Shown in pieces: positions 12,867 through 25,081 of a stretch of 64,000 nt of DNA (the stretch's first letter is position 1; every line of letters begins with the position of its first letter). Under the pieces are notes generated by a model. That model did no database searches, was not told where the DNA came from, and saw only the letters and a list, made by a program, of their open reading frames with translations. The stretch spans positions 682,001-746,000 of the forward strand of contig NW_020845867.1 in assembly GCF_003704095.1 (NCBI RefSeq), in the 5' to 3' direction. Made by a program: the position numbers and the translations under genes. The DNA is from Pocillopora damicornis. Its lineage: Eukaryota.

Positions 12867-15800
12867 ATGAGTTATCCAAATGAAGATCGACATGAACGTG
12901 ATGTTGTTGGCGGCCAGTCTCGGAATCCTTCCCAAGACGGAGAAAAACACGACAAATCTAAAGTTTTGAACGCCAATCCAGGAGGTATTCTGCTTTTTCC
13001 TCCTTCCTGTGTTGTGTGGTTTTTTTTAAATGTCTTATAGCTGGAGAATTGCTGTCAAATTTAATCGTTTCAGCGAATATGTAGTTATCATGAAATCGAA
13101 CAGACTCCATTTAATACCTTTTTAACCATGTGTGAAATTTGTAATAAGATTTGATATGGTCGAATTCTCTGATTGTTCAAGATCCTCTTCGGCATTTAAA
13201 CATCCCGTTCGATTTTGAGCATGCCTGTGTGTTTATGTGGTATTCATGGTTTTATCTAAGAACAATTTCCTGTAACCCTTGATGCATTAGTCATGCAATA
13301 GTTAACGGTACACTTGTTAGTAAGCATCGCTCAATAATTTCCACAATCAAACCGACACATACATGTGGCTCCTTAGGTAAAATATGTCTGCATTTATCAC
13401 TTGAATGCCGATTAGAATATATCTCCTCCATATTCTAGAAATTGTAATGAACAGTGTTAAGCAATTGTCAGTCCACTTGATCAAATTCGTGTTCCTGTAA
13501 CGTGACGAACTGTTTTATTTCCTTGCCTTTTAATCTTAATATTTCAATCTAAATGTTTATTAACTGGTCACTGCATAAATATTTAGAATTAAATAATTAT
13601 TTTGGAAGCATTAAAATGTTGCCAAGGTGGCTGTTTTTTTAAATTTATGAATGTTGTTCAAATCAATCACATATTCTAGGTGATTTTGAACCTCTCCTCC
13701 CAAAACATGAGAATTGATTCTACTAACTGATGATAATACAAATATTTGCTGTCTATTCCCTGAGAATGTGGTTTACATCAAAAGTGCATGCTTCCTTAAT
13801 ATTAATTTTATGAATCACTATTCCCTGTCTTTAGATATATCATTTACCATTTTATCACCCCTTGGGAGTCAAAGGTTTAATACTTTTACCCACCATCATG
13901 ACCAATGAGTTATTTCTCATTACAGTAACAATTCATTTTCAAGCAGAAGAGTGATAAGAAAATAAGAAAATTATCTCCACTGTGAGAGGAAGGGGTCTTT
14001 CTTAAGAGCCTTTCTTTATGGTTTGAACTTATGCTATTTTTTTAAACTGAATTCTGCCAACTCAGCTAAAAGGACACTGCATTTTCACATATTATTTTAT
14101 GCAATACATGCTCTTAAAGATAATTGCTGGTTATGCATGACGCACCACCATTTTTAAGGTGTCAGGGACACCCATCCCTCTGTAAGGTTAATATTTCCTT
14201 TAAATGATATCCTTTTCAGAACTTTTTTTGCATTATGCATTAATCTAACGCTGGACATTCTTTTTTTGAATTAAGTCCCAATGGCAGGCCCAGAGAGTGG
14301 AACTTATCATAGAGCGCATGTTGATCAAGCAAGTATCAAGGTTTGCTGGAAGGAGTTAATGAATCCTTTGTTAAAGTAACAGTTTCAATTGTTATCAGCC
14401 TCTCCTATTTATTATAGTAGGCCTTCAGACAGGGCCATTCTACCTCTAAAATTTTGTGACAAACAGATTTGTGGAAAACTTTTTTGTAGCTTACAGCTCT
14501 TTTGCTGCACGTCTGTGTTATTGGCAGAGTTTCCAGAACTGAGTGACATTCAAACCCTCACAGAGGACTTTGAATTTTTCTCTGTCCCTTGGATTTGATA
14601 AATGATAGATATCTATTTTTATTAACCAACTGCACAAAGTAGAGTGCAAATATCCAGTAATATTGAACAGTTATTTGGACAGCCAGTTATTTTGTACTGT
14701 AAAAAAACCTGTTAAATCAATTGGCTATGCGTACTACACTTCTCCATCCACCTTGCTTTTCCCACCTTATGAAAAATGAGCTGAAAGACTAAAAAAAGAA
14801 AGAAAAAAAAAAGCAGTTGGATATTAAATAATTTATTAGATGTTTTGGTGTGTAGTATCACTGAGTATTTTTACCTGTTGTTTGTATTTTGACAAGCCCA
14901 TAGGGCTTGTCAAATTACAGCACAACTTGGAAAAATACTAAGCAATACTAAACAACAAAACATCCAATAAGATATAATTACTTATGTGCAGACTGTCTTT
15001 CTTTATTTTTAAAATTTTTTTTCTAATAGATGGGAAAACCTCTTCAGAATCGCCCAATAGCTCCAGCTTCAGGCTCTATTGGAATGATCCCTAGTCACCT
15101 TGCACCTGGTCTTGTTGCTGGCACCATGCAAGGATTTAATGCTGGCCATCCTTTGATTGCTTCAATGATGAGGATGCCTCAGCCAGCCTTCTCACATGTC
15201 CCCGTAGGAGCTGCTGCAGGGGCACTTGCTGGGGTGACACCCAGGAATACTTCTTTACGTACCCCAACAATGCCAGCTGCTGTGAAACCTATGGGACACA
15301 CCAGTCAAACTCATAACAGTGGTCAGTCACAGTCACAGGCTCCCATAACAACAGGCACCTCTTGTCCTTCATCCCCTGGCCCATCTTCTTCTTCTCATCT
15401 TGCAACTGTCGCAGTCTCTTCATCTTTGCATCAGCCCATAGCAGACCACAAGTCAAGTGACATGCGAGAGGCAAGACCAGGTTTGATGACTGATTTGGCA
15501 AGAAGAGGTGCATCACCCACAGTTCAGGCAGTGGCACCAGCCCATCCACCAGCTTCTACTAGTAACAAAGTCATCTCTATTGTACCATCAGCACCTCTCT
15601 CACAGAGTCATCAAGTACCAAAACAGTCTGTTCCCACAGTGTCATCACACCATCCCATTTCTGCACATGGTAGTGGACCAGTTACAGGTACAGGGACATC
15701 TGTCAGTAGCACCATTTCTCACATGCCATCAGCTGCTGTTGGCATGTCTGGTCATTCTCAAACGTCAAAAATAGTCTCATCAAACACAGTCAGTGTGACA

Positions 15801-17788
15801 CCAGCTGTGCTGACAACAACAGCAAGAATCTATACTCCACCTCACATTGCATTCACGGCTCCAAGGCAGCCACCTATCTCAAGCTTGGAATCCACCACGG
15901 TATGTACAGCATTTCACTCAAGGCAGTAGGTTGTTGAAAGAATGGCAACATTAATACATACATGCCTTGTTTCTTGGGGAGCCAGTTAGTATATGAATAC
16001 CTTGTAAATGTTGTGTAATTTCAGGCCCTCACCAGATTAAGCTAGCTAAAGGAAATATGCCTAAATGTAATTTAGATGAGGTTAATTGAGAGGGTGATAT
16101 GTGATCTGCATGTACTTGAACATTGGGAAAGTACTAAGGGGAAGGCCTTAGGCTTTCCTTGTGTACATTGCATTCTACATTTACTGTTCTGCTTGTCTTG
16201 TCAAGTCTTTCAGGCTGATAATTCCAGATCATTTGCAGCTTTCTCCAAGCAAATCTTTTATTATTCTTTACCCAACCTGCTTATATGGGTTGGCTCGTTA
16301 TGTATATGTATGTTTCCACCAAAATCCCTTGACTTGTTTCGGTGACAGCTTTAAAATGGTTTTTCTGCCATTACAGTTTCCATGAGATTCCACTGCACTG
16401 TTCCTGAATTACTGAAGGTTCCCTGCCAATTTTCAGGGCAGCAGGAAGGCCATCTAGGTTCAGAAACCCAGTACAGTCCTCTCACCAGTTTAAAGCTCAA
16501 AACTTCTTCAGACATTTCTTGTGCATACCAACCTGCATTCATGGTGTGCTACTGGTAAATAATTTTTTCAAAATCATTTACCCTTAGAATCCAGCAGCAG
16601 ATCATGCAAGGTTGAGCAAACCAAGTGGGACGGCATCTCCAGCAACAGTGTCATCTCATCATACCAGCACTATTTCCACTGTTCCTCACATGGCTGGGCC
16701 TTCTCTCAACTCAGGTACCACATTTCTTGAGCTTGTTTTGGCTATTTTTTTTCATATGGTTTTCATGCTGCTGAAATCTTGGTTTAAATCATTTTGACTG
16801 TGTATTCGTGAGTGCAAGACTTTCCTCATTCATGAAACTCACAAACAGTTATATGATAGTTGTTTTTTGGTTGTTTTCAGTTGTTGGAAATGAAAGCCGA
16901 ATGGACAGGTACTGTAAGGAACTTGGTCTTTTTGTAAATTTAGCAGGGATGGTTAAATTTCAGCTGTATTTGCCTTGCTGATTCTTTGAAAAACTAATCC
17001 TGGGCAAGACTGTTTCACAAGTCTGAAGGGTTTTAATTAGTAGCAGGTTGCCTGTAGCCTACCACCATCAGTAAGACCTCTGAATAGCCATACAGCAGGC
17101 TTGTATGGTTGAGTTTCACTTCAGCCCCCTTTCCAGGCACAGCTTTCTGTTACAACTTTGCAGCTGTTATGGATAAAGTTATTAAAACTCCTGAAGACTA
17201 ATAAATTTTAGATTAGACATTGGACATGTTTCTCTTTTTGCATGATATGTGGTGTGACAGTCACACTGGAGATTTAAGATTCTTTTTGTTGACCCAGTAA
17301 TGCAGTGTTTTTATCTTCTTAGGGGAATTGCTAGGTATTGTAAATATTTAGTTATTTTTAACTATATATAAATGTTCATCAGCTGTATTTACTAACAAAA
17401 ATTTTAAGTCTGTGTAAAGCGCATTTGATAATGCACTTATTTAATTTGCACCATATAAATGTTAATCATTATTTTTTTAGATATTGCCATAAGGCTGTCA
17501 CCTCTAATCATCATTTTCAACCACCAGAACACTCTGGTTTGTTAACTAAATCCATAGCACTAGTTATTTACACAAGATGTAACACAAACCACGGTTTTAC
17601 CCAAGCAGTGGGTCTTATGTATTCTATACAAGAGGGTTATTTTCATCAAATAAATGTCCTTCCACTGCTAGCTTTGGGCCCTCTCAACACTGTTTACAAA
17701 AATAAATGTTTGGATAAAAGATTCAGCTAAATGTAGGATAGTTTTGACATGGTTTTGTTAAAGAGCATTTACTATTTATTATTACAGC

Positions 17789-17831
<43 letters not shown>

Positions 17832-20800
17832 GTTATTATTACAATTTATATATTTATTTTTTTTTTTACTCCAGAGCACATCAGGCCTTGCCCCAGTTCC
17901 CTTACCACCCTATGGCTAGTATGGCAGGTCTATTTTATCAAGATGCTATATCTGGTGAGTATGCACTTTGCTCCTTTAATCATCTGATCAAATTCGAATG
18001 TCTCCTTACCAGTTATAGCTTGTTTGTTTAAATTTCATTCTCTTGTCTGTTTGGTTGTGGTATTTTAGTTTATGGTATGGAGTTTGGAACAAAAGAGAAT
18101 AAAAACCATGGGTGAAATTAAACCACAACATAAACATTTGTGAACTAATTAACAAAAGTATTCTAACAACAAAATTTACCATATAGCAGTGCACCCAGGG
18201 CTTCATCCACAGTATCACCAACCAGCCTTTGGCCCAATGCCGTCTCTTGCCAGATCACAGGGTGTGGTCACTTCTGCTGCGGCTGCTGCTGCAGCTGCTG
18301 GAGTGAACCCTATGCAGATTATGGATCATTCAAGGTTGATTTTCCAACCATCTGCAGCACTTGGTGTTGGAGGTGAGTAGTCTATGTTTTTGAAGACCTT
18401 AGGTGGGTAGCCTGTGGGCGCACTTTCTTTTCCACACCGTATCACTCCTAAAGATGGCAGCGGTAAAAAAGCACAAATACAGAAATAGAGAGCTTGCGGA
18501 AGGTAATTGTGAGATTTTGGGACAGTTTGAAATGTTGGCAGTTTTAGAAAGGTTTACACGCTAGACTAGAGGGTGAAGTCTGCCATCCAACGGCCGTCTC
18601 TCTGACAAGTCCTATTAAGGACGGTGCCTGCGCACCACGCCATGGCCACGCGTGCTCGTGCGTGGGTGGAAAACCCGGTTCCTGCAATGATCACGCGAAA
18701 GATCAACCGTGATAGTAGCGGAAGTGTGAAATAGCGAGGAAGGTTTGGCTTTACGCGACCCGACCCAATCCTTCCTCGTTTACTCTGTACTACTACTATC
18801 GCACTGTCATCAGGCCTGGTTTCGTGGTATTTTGACCTTGCAGTTCAGCCTGTGTAAGGAAACTTTTTACGGACTTCTGCACCAACCCATAAATTGGAAA
18901 TTGGTTTTTGATCACATTTTGTACCTTTTGGGATATCTACAGTAATTTTCACATTCCCACACAGATCAATGATCTCGTCGGCCATCGTGGAAAGTTAAAA
19001 GGTTTGCAAACATACTTTTTTCAAATAATTTGCGAGGCTGCATCTCACACAACAACAAAAAAATATCGAGGCCGCGCGAAACATCATCCTCCTTGAGGGA
19101 CCAAGGTTGGTCAATCCCAGCATTCATTTGGATGCAGTATCAGCAAAGTTGCGTTTTGAAAATTTCTCTTATTAAAAATCCTTATTTATAATCATTCAGC
19201 TTCAAGTATAGCGAACTTAACTGGGACAGACACGCCGGCTAGTGCTGGTATTATGGACATCAGTGGTGCAATTGCTGGTACATACAGTGTTCCAATCTTC
19301 AATGTCCCACCGTCAGCCGGAATCCAGGCCACACAGCTGACAGCTCCAAATCCCAATGCGACATCTCCGCGGCCAAGCATTCTACGAAAGAGAACTTCAG
19401 AAGGGTAGGTGAAAAAAGAGGAGCCATCACTTTGATGTTTTTTTTTTTTGCCATAGATCGTTTGGTGTCATCTACCATGTGATATCAGTTGTGAAATGGA
19501 GTGTTGTTAGGGGAGGAGACAGATCTTTCGATAAACTGAGGGTCGCTTTTGCTGCGGTGTTATTGGCTGCGCGATCAGATTTGTCGCATTTGTCAATTGT
19601 GATTGGTTACTTTGACTTCCGCTCAAGTTTTCGGTTGCCGAGATTAAATATAAAGGGCATTCCGACTGGTTTTTGTTGAACAAATAGCAGGGAAATCATA
19701 ACGATTGATTAGAAAGGAACAACAAGAAAACTGCTTGAAGCGAGAAAAATCGCGAGCGACCCGAGTGGTTTCGGGTTTTGTTTGGTTCTAAGGGTGGCGA
19801 AACTTTTCTAGAGCAAGGGTAGAGCAAATAAAAGCGGAAATAATACCATCTCAGGTTAATTTCGATAATCGATTGAGAATTGCTCTCTAAAATTTTTTTT
19901 TCAGGGTGCGTAAACCTCCAAGCCAACTGCCGTTTGCCGCTGAGATGCTGGTATCAAATCAGACGGAGGCCGCAGCCAGCCCAAGATCGGACAGTACACT
20001 GTCTGCACCACACTCCACACAGAACTCGCCTAAACCCGCAAGGTATGCATTGACAACACTGCAATATTTTATGAGGCCTGCTGGAAAGAAAATTACGCTT
20101 TTTAATATTTTAATCCTGGAAGTAATCACAAAGTAATTTTTTGCAGTTACACTGAGTTGCCGTTACCTGTCTCGTAGGTTTTTAGCGCTGCTGCTTAACA
20201 AACAGACCTCATTTTTTCTTTTCAAGGAAGGTTGATTGTTGCATTCACATTATCGTGCTTTTCCGGTTGATCTCCGCAGACGTTTTATTTATTTATTTAT
20301 TAAGTTTTTTTTTTTGCTAACAAAGAGAGTTTAATGTATAGTTCATTATAATATGAAATTTGTTGCCTCAGTGATTCTGGAAGTCAATCGAACGAAACTG
20401 CAGCCGTAACAACAGCTAGTGTTACAACAACAGAACAGCCAGCTGTCAATCAAACCGCTCCCGTGTCACCGAGTAAAGTCAAGAGAGAACCGTTCAGCGA
20501 GGCGGCACCTACCCCAAGTGTGGCTACCACTGCTGTGTTGAACGGAAACACTCCTGTCGCCCCTGCCACGCCCTTACTCGCAAATGCTACAACTACGAGC
20601 AGCGAGGCGGCTTCACCGAGGAAAAAACCACGAAAGCAAAATGTGTAAGTATGCGTATAACCAAAGGTCAGGGCTCACTGGTTCAAAGGGCAGACAATGC
20701 TATCAAACGGCTAAACCGCCAGATAAGTGTTAAAAAAGCCTACTTTTTTGTTGTAATTGTTTTATTATCATTTTTGTTTTCTTTTTTGCAACCCAAGAGT

Positions 20801-23267
20801 GTTTAAACTATGAAAACCTCATATTTGCAGTGTCGCTACGGAAGACAAGTTCGGTAGTAACGTTAACATGGAACCTGATTCGCCAACAGATGAAGACAAG
20901 AAACCAAAACAGGATGAAGGTAAGAACTATCTCCACATTAGTTTGCTGTGTCGGCGTATTTCAGTGAGGAAAGGCAGGGACATATTCAAATCTTCAAAAC
21001 AGAGCTAAGTTTTGTGGAACACAATTAAACCCCTACTACCAAAGGGGGGGGGGGGAAGTGTTCGATACACAAAAGAAGGAAGGAAGGGTATGGATTAGGG
21101 AATTACTCCCCCCTTGTGTCAATATATTTAGTTTTGCATATTTCTTTGCTTCTCTCATTCTCAACAGCAGATGAAGATTTGAAGTTCATACTACTAAAGA
21201 GGCCAAAAATCTCCATCGTTGCGAATTACAAGATCAACACAAAAGCAGCTCATAACCATTTCCAGCGGTATTCTGATGTCAAGGCAAAAGGTCAGTGTAA
21301 ATTACCTCACGACTTCTGCGAGTCTTCTTCGCAGCCGTTCTTTGTGGTGTTACGCAACCTGTAAGAATAAACCAGAGCGGGTTTTCTATTGATTGTTGTT
21401 AAACCAAAACCGAAGTAATCACAATGGCCAATTAGAACCAGACACAAGAATCACGAGGAGCGAATCATAGTTTAGATTTCAAACAAGCCAACTGCTCAGA
21501 AGGCGGGAAAACGCGAGCGACCAGGTGGTGGTTGGATTTTTCTCGTTATCTGATTGGTTGAGAATGTGGCACGAGTTTTCTGGACCAATCGCAAAATGTG
21601 CTGAAGCAAAACCATTGTAATCTCAGATTACTTTCGACACTCCATCGAAAATTGTTTGACAAAGGAATAGGGATAGCGGAAGAAACTTAGGCTAAAGGTA
21701 ACATTAGTCTGGGTCTGTTTATCATCGTCTGTCTTTTGTTTCTCAGAAGAAAGAAAACCCTCCATACAAGAAATTGCCAGTCAGAAGGGGATTATACAGA
21801 GAGCAAACGGCTGGCGGGTCCAGCACATCGCTGGACAAATGGACGAGCTGGTGAGGAAGAAACTGGAGCGAATCTCACACATTAATTTATCCACAGGGTT
21901 TCTTGTTCCCTGAGTCTTTGGGGCGAGGAGTTGTCCTCAGTGACCTGTCAAACTTTTCATTCGGCCCTGAAATAAGTTGCGTCTTTTTTTCAGATCGCTG
22001 CTGAACAGGAAGTGTTGAAAAAGATGGGAGAGATCAGAGAAAAGATTCCTAAGGTGAAACCGGGTCAGAAAACCAAATTCCAGGACGATTTAGTGATGTT
22101 AAATGAGTTACTTCAGGTGAGACAACATTCCGCTGACATTAAAGCTCCTACAAAACAGACATTGACATATGTCTCGTATTTTAAATTTAGCTGAACTCGA
22201 TCAAAGCGATAAAAACGCAAAGAAACAAACTCCCACCAAACTATATCGCATCAGGTTTTTGTCTAGTAGGTTACAGAAAAGCCTTCCTGCTTCCCCAATA
22301 TTTCAGCTTTGCAAACAAGCTACCTAACGCACAGATAAACTGCATCTTAAATGGTCTTTTCTCTTCCTTTTTTTTCTTTTTCTTTTTTCTGTCAGGGTAA
22401 CATTCAAAGATCGCAGCTGGTTGTTGAACAGCTTGGAGATTCGCGAAAATCTATGATCAAGGTGGGAGTTATTAAGTCTCGGTACCTAGAGATCTTTTAG
22501 TGAGCAAGAGATCACTACATTATATGAGGAATCATCGCAGTCAATTATATTTTCGTCCAAGTTTATTCATCGCTTGCAAATCTCCCGGAAGATTAATTTT
22601 TGGATTAAAACGGGCCTTCCTTGGGCTCGTTTGAGGGGAGAAACACCCTGTAGACAATTCTTTGAATGATGATAATCGTTTTGAAAATTGTTAAAAGCAG
22701 TGTATGATGATAATATTTTTCATAATGATATTACAATCGCGAGTATTTGCTTGATTCACTATACCGATAATTGTCTCATAGTCATTATACACTGGGAATT
22801 GTGTTACATTACAGATGATAAGTTACTAATTTCAGGCAAAGCAAGCAAAATAATAGATCACTATTGTCACTCACTCGAAAAGAAAAAAAAAAAGGTTTTT
22901 TTTATCTCCGGTTTTAAAGAAGAAGCCGCTGGGATGAGCCGTACAGTGCTAAGGAATCAACTTAATCAGGATCTGAAAAGTTATTAACTTTTAACTTCTC
23001 CCTACAATATCAATACATCATACGGCAGGCGGGTGTTGAGAATACACAAGCTTATCAGCGAGGGGGTGTTATCTTGATAGAACACTAGGTTCTCGTAACG
23101 TATTTACAAGGAAATTTTCAGAAGGTAGATGGGAGAATTGTGGATTACATCTTAGGGACTAATGAGTTCGTCCTCGTTTTCCTCAGGTTTTGGATCACAG
23201 GCCGCGTGTAATGGATATAATTCAAAAACAGATGAGTAAGCGAAATCCCAAGAAGAAGAGCCAATAA
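12867..23267 (+). CDS. SAP130: Sin3A-associated protein 130 (SAP130)
   Basis: About 16 exons: 12867-12984, 14276-14340, 15030-15899, 16588-16714, 16881-16908, 17875-17955, 18190-18373, ~19200-19404, ~19905-20042, 20372-20644, 20831-20919, ~21171-21290, 21748-21850, 21994-22116, 22396-22461, 23187-23267. Ser/Pro/Thr-rich N-half, SPRPSILRKR, ASPRKKPRKQ, and the C-terminal domain HNHFQRYSDVKAKEERKPSIQEIASQKGIIQRANGW...GNIQRSQLV. Confidence 0.9.
14833..14970. repeat. Imperfect ~140-bp palindrome (hairpin MITE-like)
   Basis: Centre tttgacaagccc-ata-gggcttgtcaaa; arms ttattagatgttttg...agtattttt and aaaaatact...caaaacatccaataa. Confidence 0.75.
17792..17840 (+). repeat. (TTA)n microsatellite
   Basis: About 16 TTA units with one interruption. 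Confidence 0.95.
18615..19096. mobile_element. CpG-rich non-autonomous DNA element, possibly Kolobok-like
   Basis: ttaa-GGACGGTG at the left and CATCCTCC-ttga at the right: imperfect TIRs with TTAA-like flanks. Lies in SAP130 intron 7. Confidence 0.4.
21375..21655. repeat. Dispersed gattgg/ccaatc-rich repeat
   Basis: tctgattggttgagaatgtggcacgagttttctggaccaatcgcaaa...gaagcaaaaccattg closely matches 28625-28700. Confidence 0.6.
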
Positions 23268-24104
23268 CTTGATAGAAGGCCAGGACATCTTAAGACTGAG
23301 GATATTTTAATACATTGTACAATTCTCAAGCGATGGTTTCATGCCGGGCCAACTGTCATGAAATCTCTTCGGATATACATATGAAAAAGAGACTTATTCT
23401 CATTATTTAACTCGTGGATCTTCTTATTTTACTTCTCTTTCAACATCCATCCAAGCTTTCTTACTTGGCAGTTCAGTATGCGCTTTGAAGCTTCAATGGG
23501 AAGGCTTTATTACAAGCCGTGAAACGAGCCCGCGCCCCTCCCAAACCATCTCGAAAAGATCGAAGACCGCACTCGAGTAAACGGCGGAAATTCAATCAAG
23601 TGGAGGCGCCGTGAAAAGATGCGGCCAGGCCGTGAGAGGTGTAGGACAGCAAATAATGGTAAAGCCCGAACCTAACGTCCGCTGATTACTTTCGCGCCTC
23701 GACGTCTCTATTCCAACGAACGCCCCGAAAGCTGCCAGCTACACAGGTTAGCTCTTTGAATGTCTGTTTTTTTCGAGGTGGCTAATGCCAAGATGGTTAC
23801 GGATACTTCTTTGGTTGGTCACGCAACGTTTCTTTGAAAACTTGCTTGGATTATTGTCGTCACGTTAGCACGTGAACCAGGAAATCTGGGTCGGGAACAG
23901 GCGGTTGAGGCTCCTTGGTAATCTTCCAGAGACAGGAATCAAAAAGAGACAATGTAAAATGTAATTTTGAACAGCTGAGTTTGTCGCATTAATTGAAACT
24001 AATTCTTAAGAATCGTAAGAAAAGAAAAAAAAAAAGAAAAGGAAAGCCGTACGAAGCAAGTCACATCACGATTCAGAACTTCGTTTGCTTTATTTTTCTT
24101 TTTC

Positions 24105-24250
24105 TAGATCAATATCAGCATCTGAGCAACTCGCACCTTACCAATCCCTTCCCTATCCCAACAGCAGTCAACTAATAACAAGTTAGGGTTAGTGTGGGGT
24201 TGGGGGGGGAGGGGGTGGGGGGATAGGTACGTAGTTGCTCACTTTGATCA
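24105..24250. mobile_element. Small MITE with terminal inverted repeats
   Basis: gatcaa...tgagcaact at the left and agttgctca...ttgatc at the right, with C-rich and G-rich complementary arms. Confidence 0.55.
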
Positions 24251-25081
24251 ATTTTTCCAGGGAAGTTTTCCTGTAAGTTTTCCATCCAGTTCTCCCGAGT
24301 TGCCCAAAGATTCCAAAACTAGTGTTGTACCAAATCAAGAGGAGTCCATGATAGAAGTAGCTTAAGTTGTAAAAGGTTTCTCTTATTCTTTTTTTTTTTT
24401 TTTTAATGAAAAGTAACTTCTTATCTTGCGCGTCTATATTAACATAGTGACTTGTATATATTACGTGTTGTCTGCTTGAGTTAAGTAAGAGACTGAGATT
24501 GGAGAAAAGTGGAAAAGTGTAAACTTACGTTTTTTATCTGATTAAAACAAAATATCACAAGTGCAAATTCTTAATTGAATGAATGAAGCTTATAAACACT
24601 TATTTTTCTTGAGTTATTTGAAATCTCATGCCACTCAAATTTTCCTGTCCGATCTTGTGCAATGACATCAGGTATTGGCTAATACATGGGAGCAGAGGGT
24701 AGGTAAGGTTCAACTATTCATAAAATTGTAAGACCATTGTGTAACAGGAAGAAAAAGATAATCTAAGCTCAGGCTAGATCTGGTAAATCTACGTAGGTTC
24801 TCGTGCTTTGTGAGAATAAAATATGTCCTCAAATCCTTCAAATCCAAGGGGCGGTGTGACTTCTCACCAGCACAATTCAGTCAATCCAGTGGACTAAAGT
24901 TCACCGCGGGAATATTATGATCTTGATATAGTAAAAGATAATCCTTCGTTCCCAGAGGGTAGGTCTGGCTGCGAGATTAAGAATCTGATTTGCCGATAAA
25001 ACTAACAACAAAATAAAACAAATTGGTCACGGCTCCAAGGACGATATTTGTGCTGAATCCTTTCATGTTTGGAACTCTTTA

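Noticed and set aside
14329-14334. Second GC donor (CAA|GCAAGT) in SAP130 exon 2
   Set aside because: An in-phase canonical AAG|GTTTGC donor lies 12 nt downstream; the two cannot be distinguished without reads.
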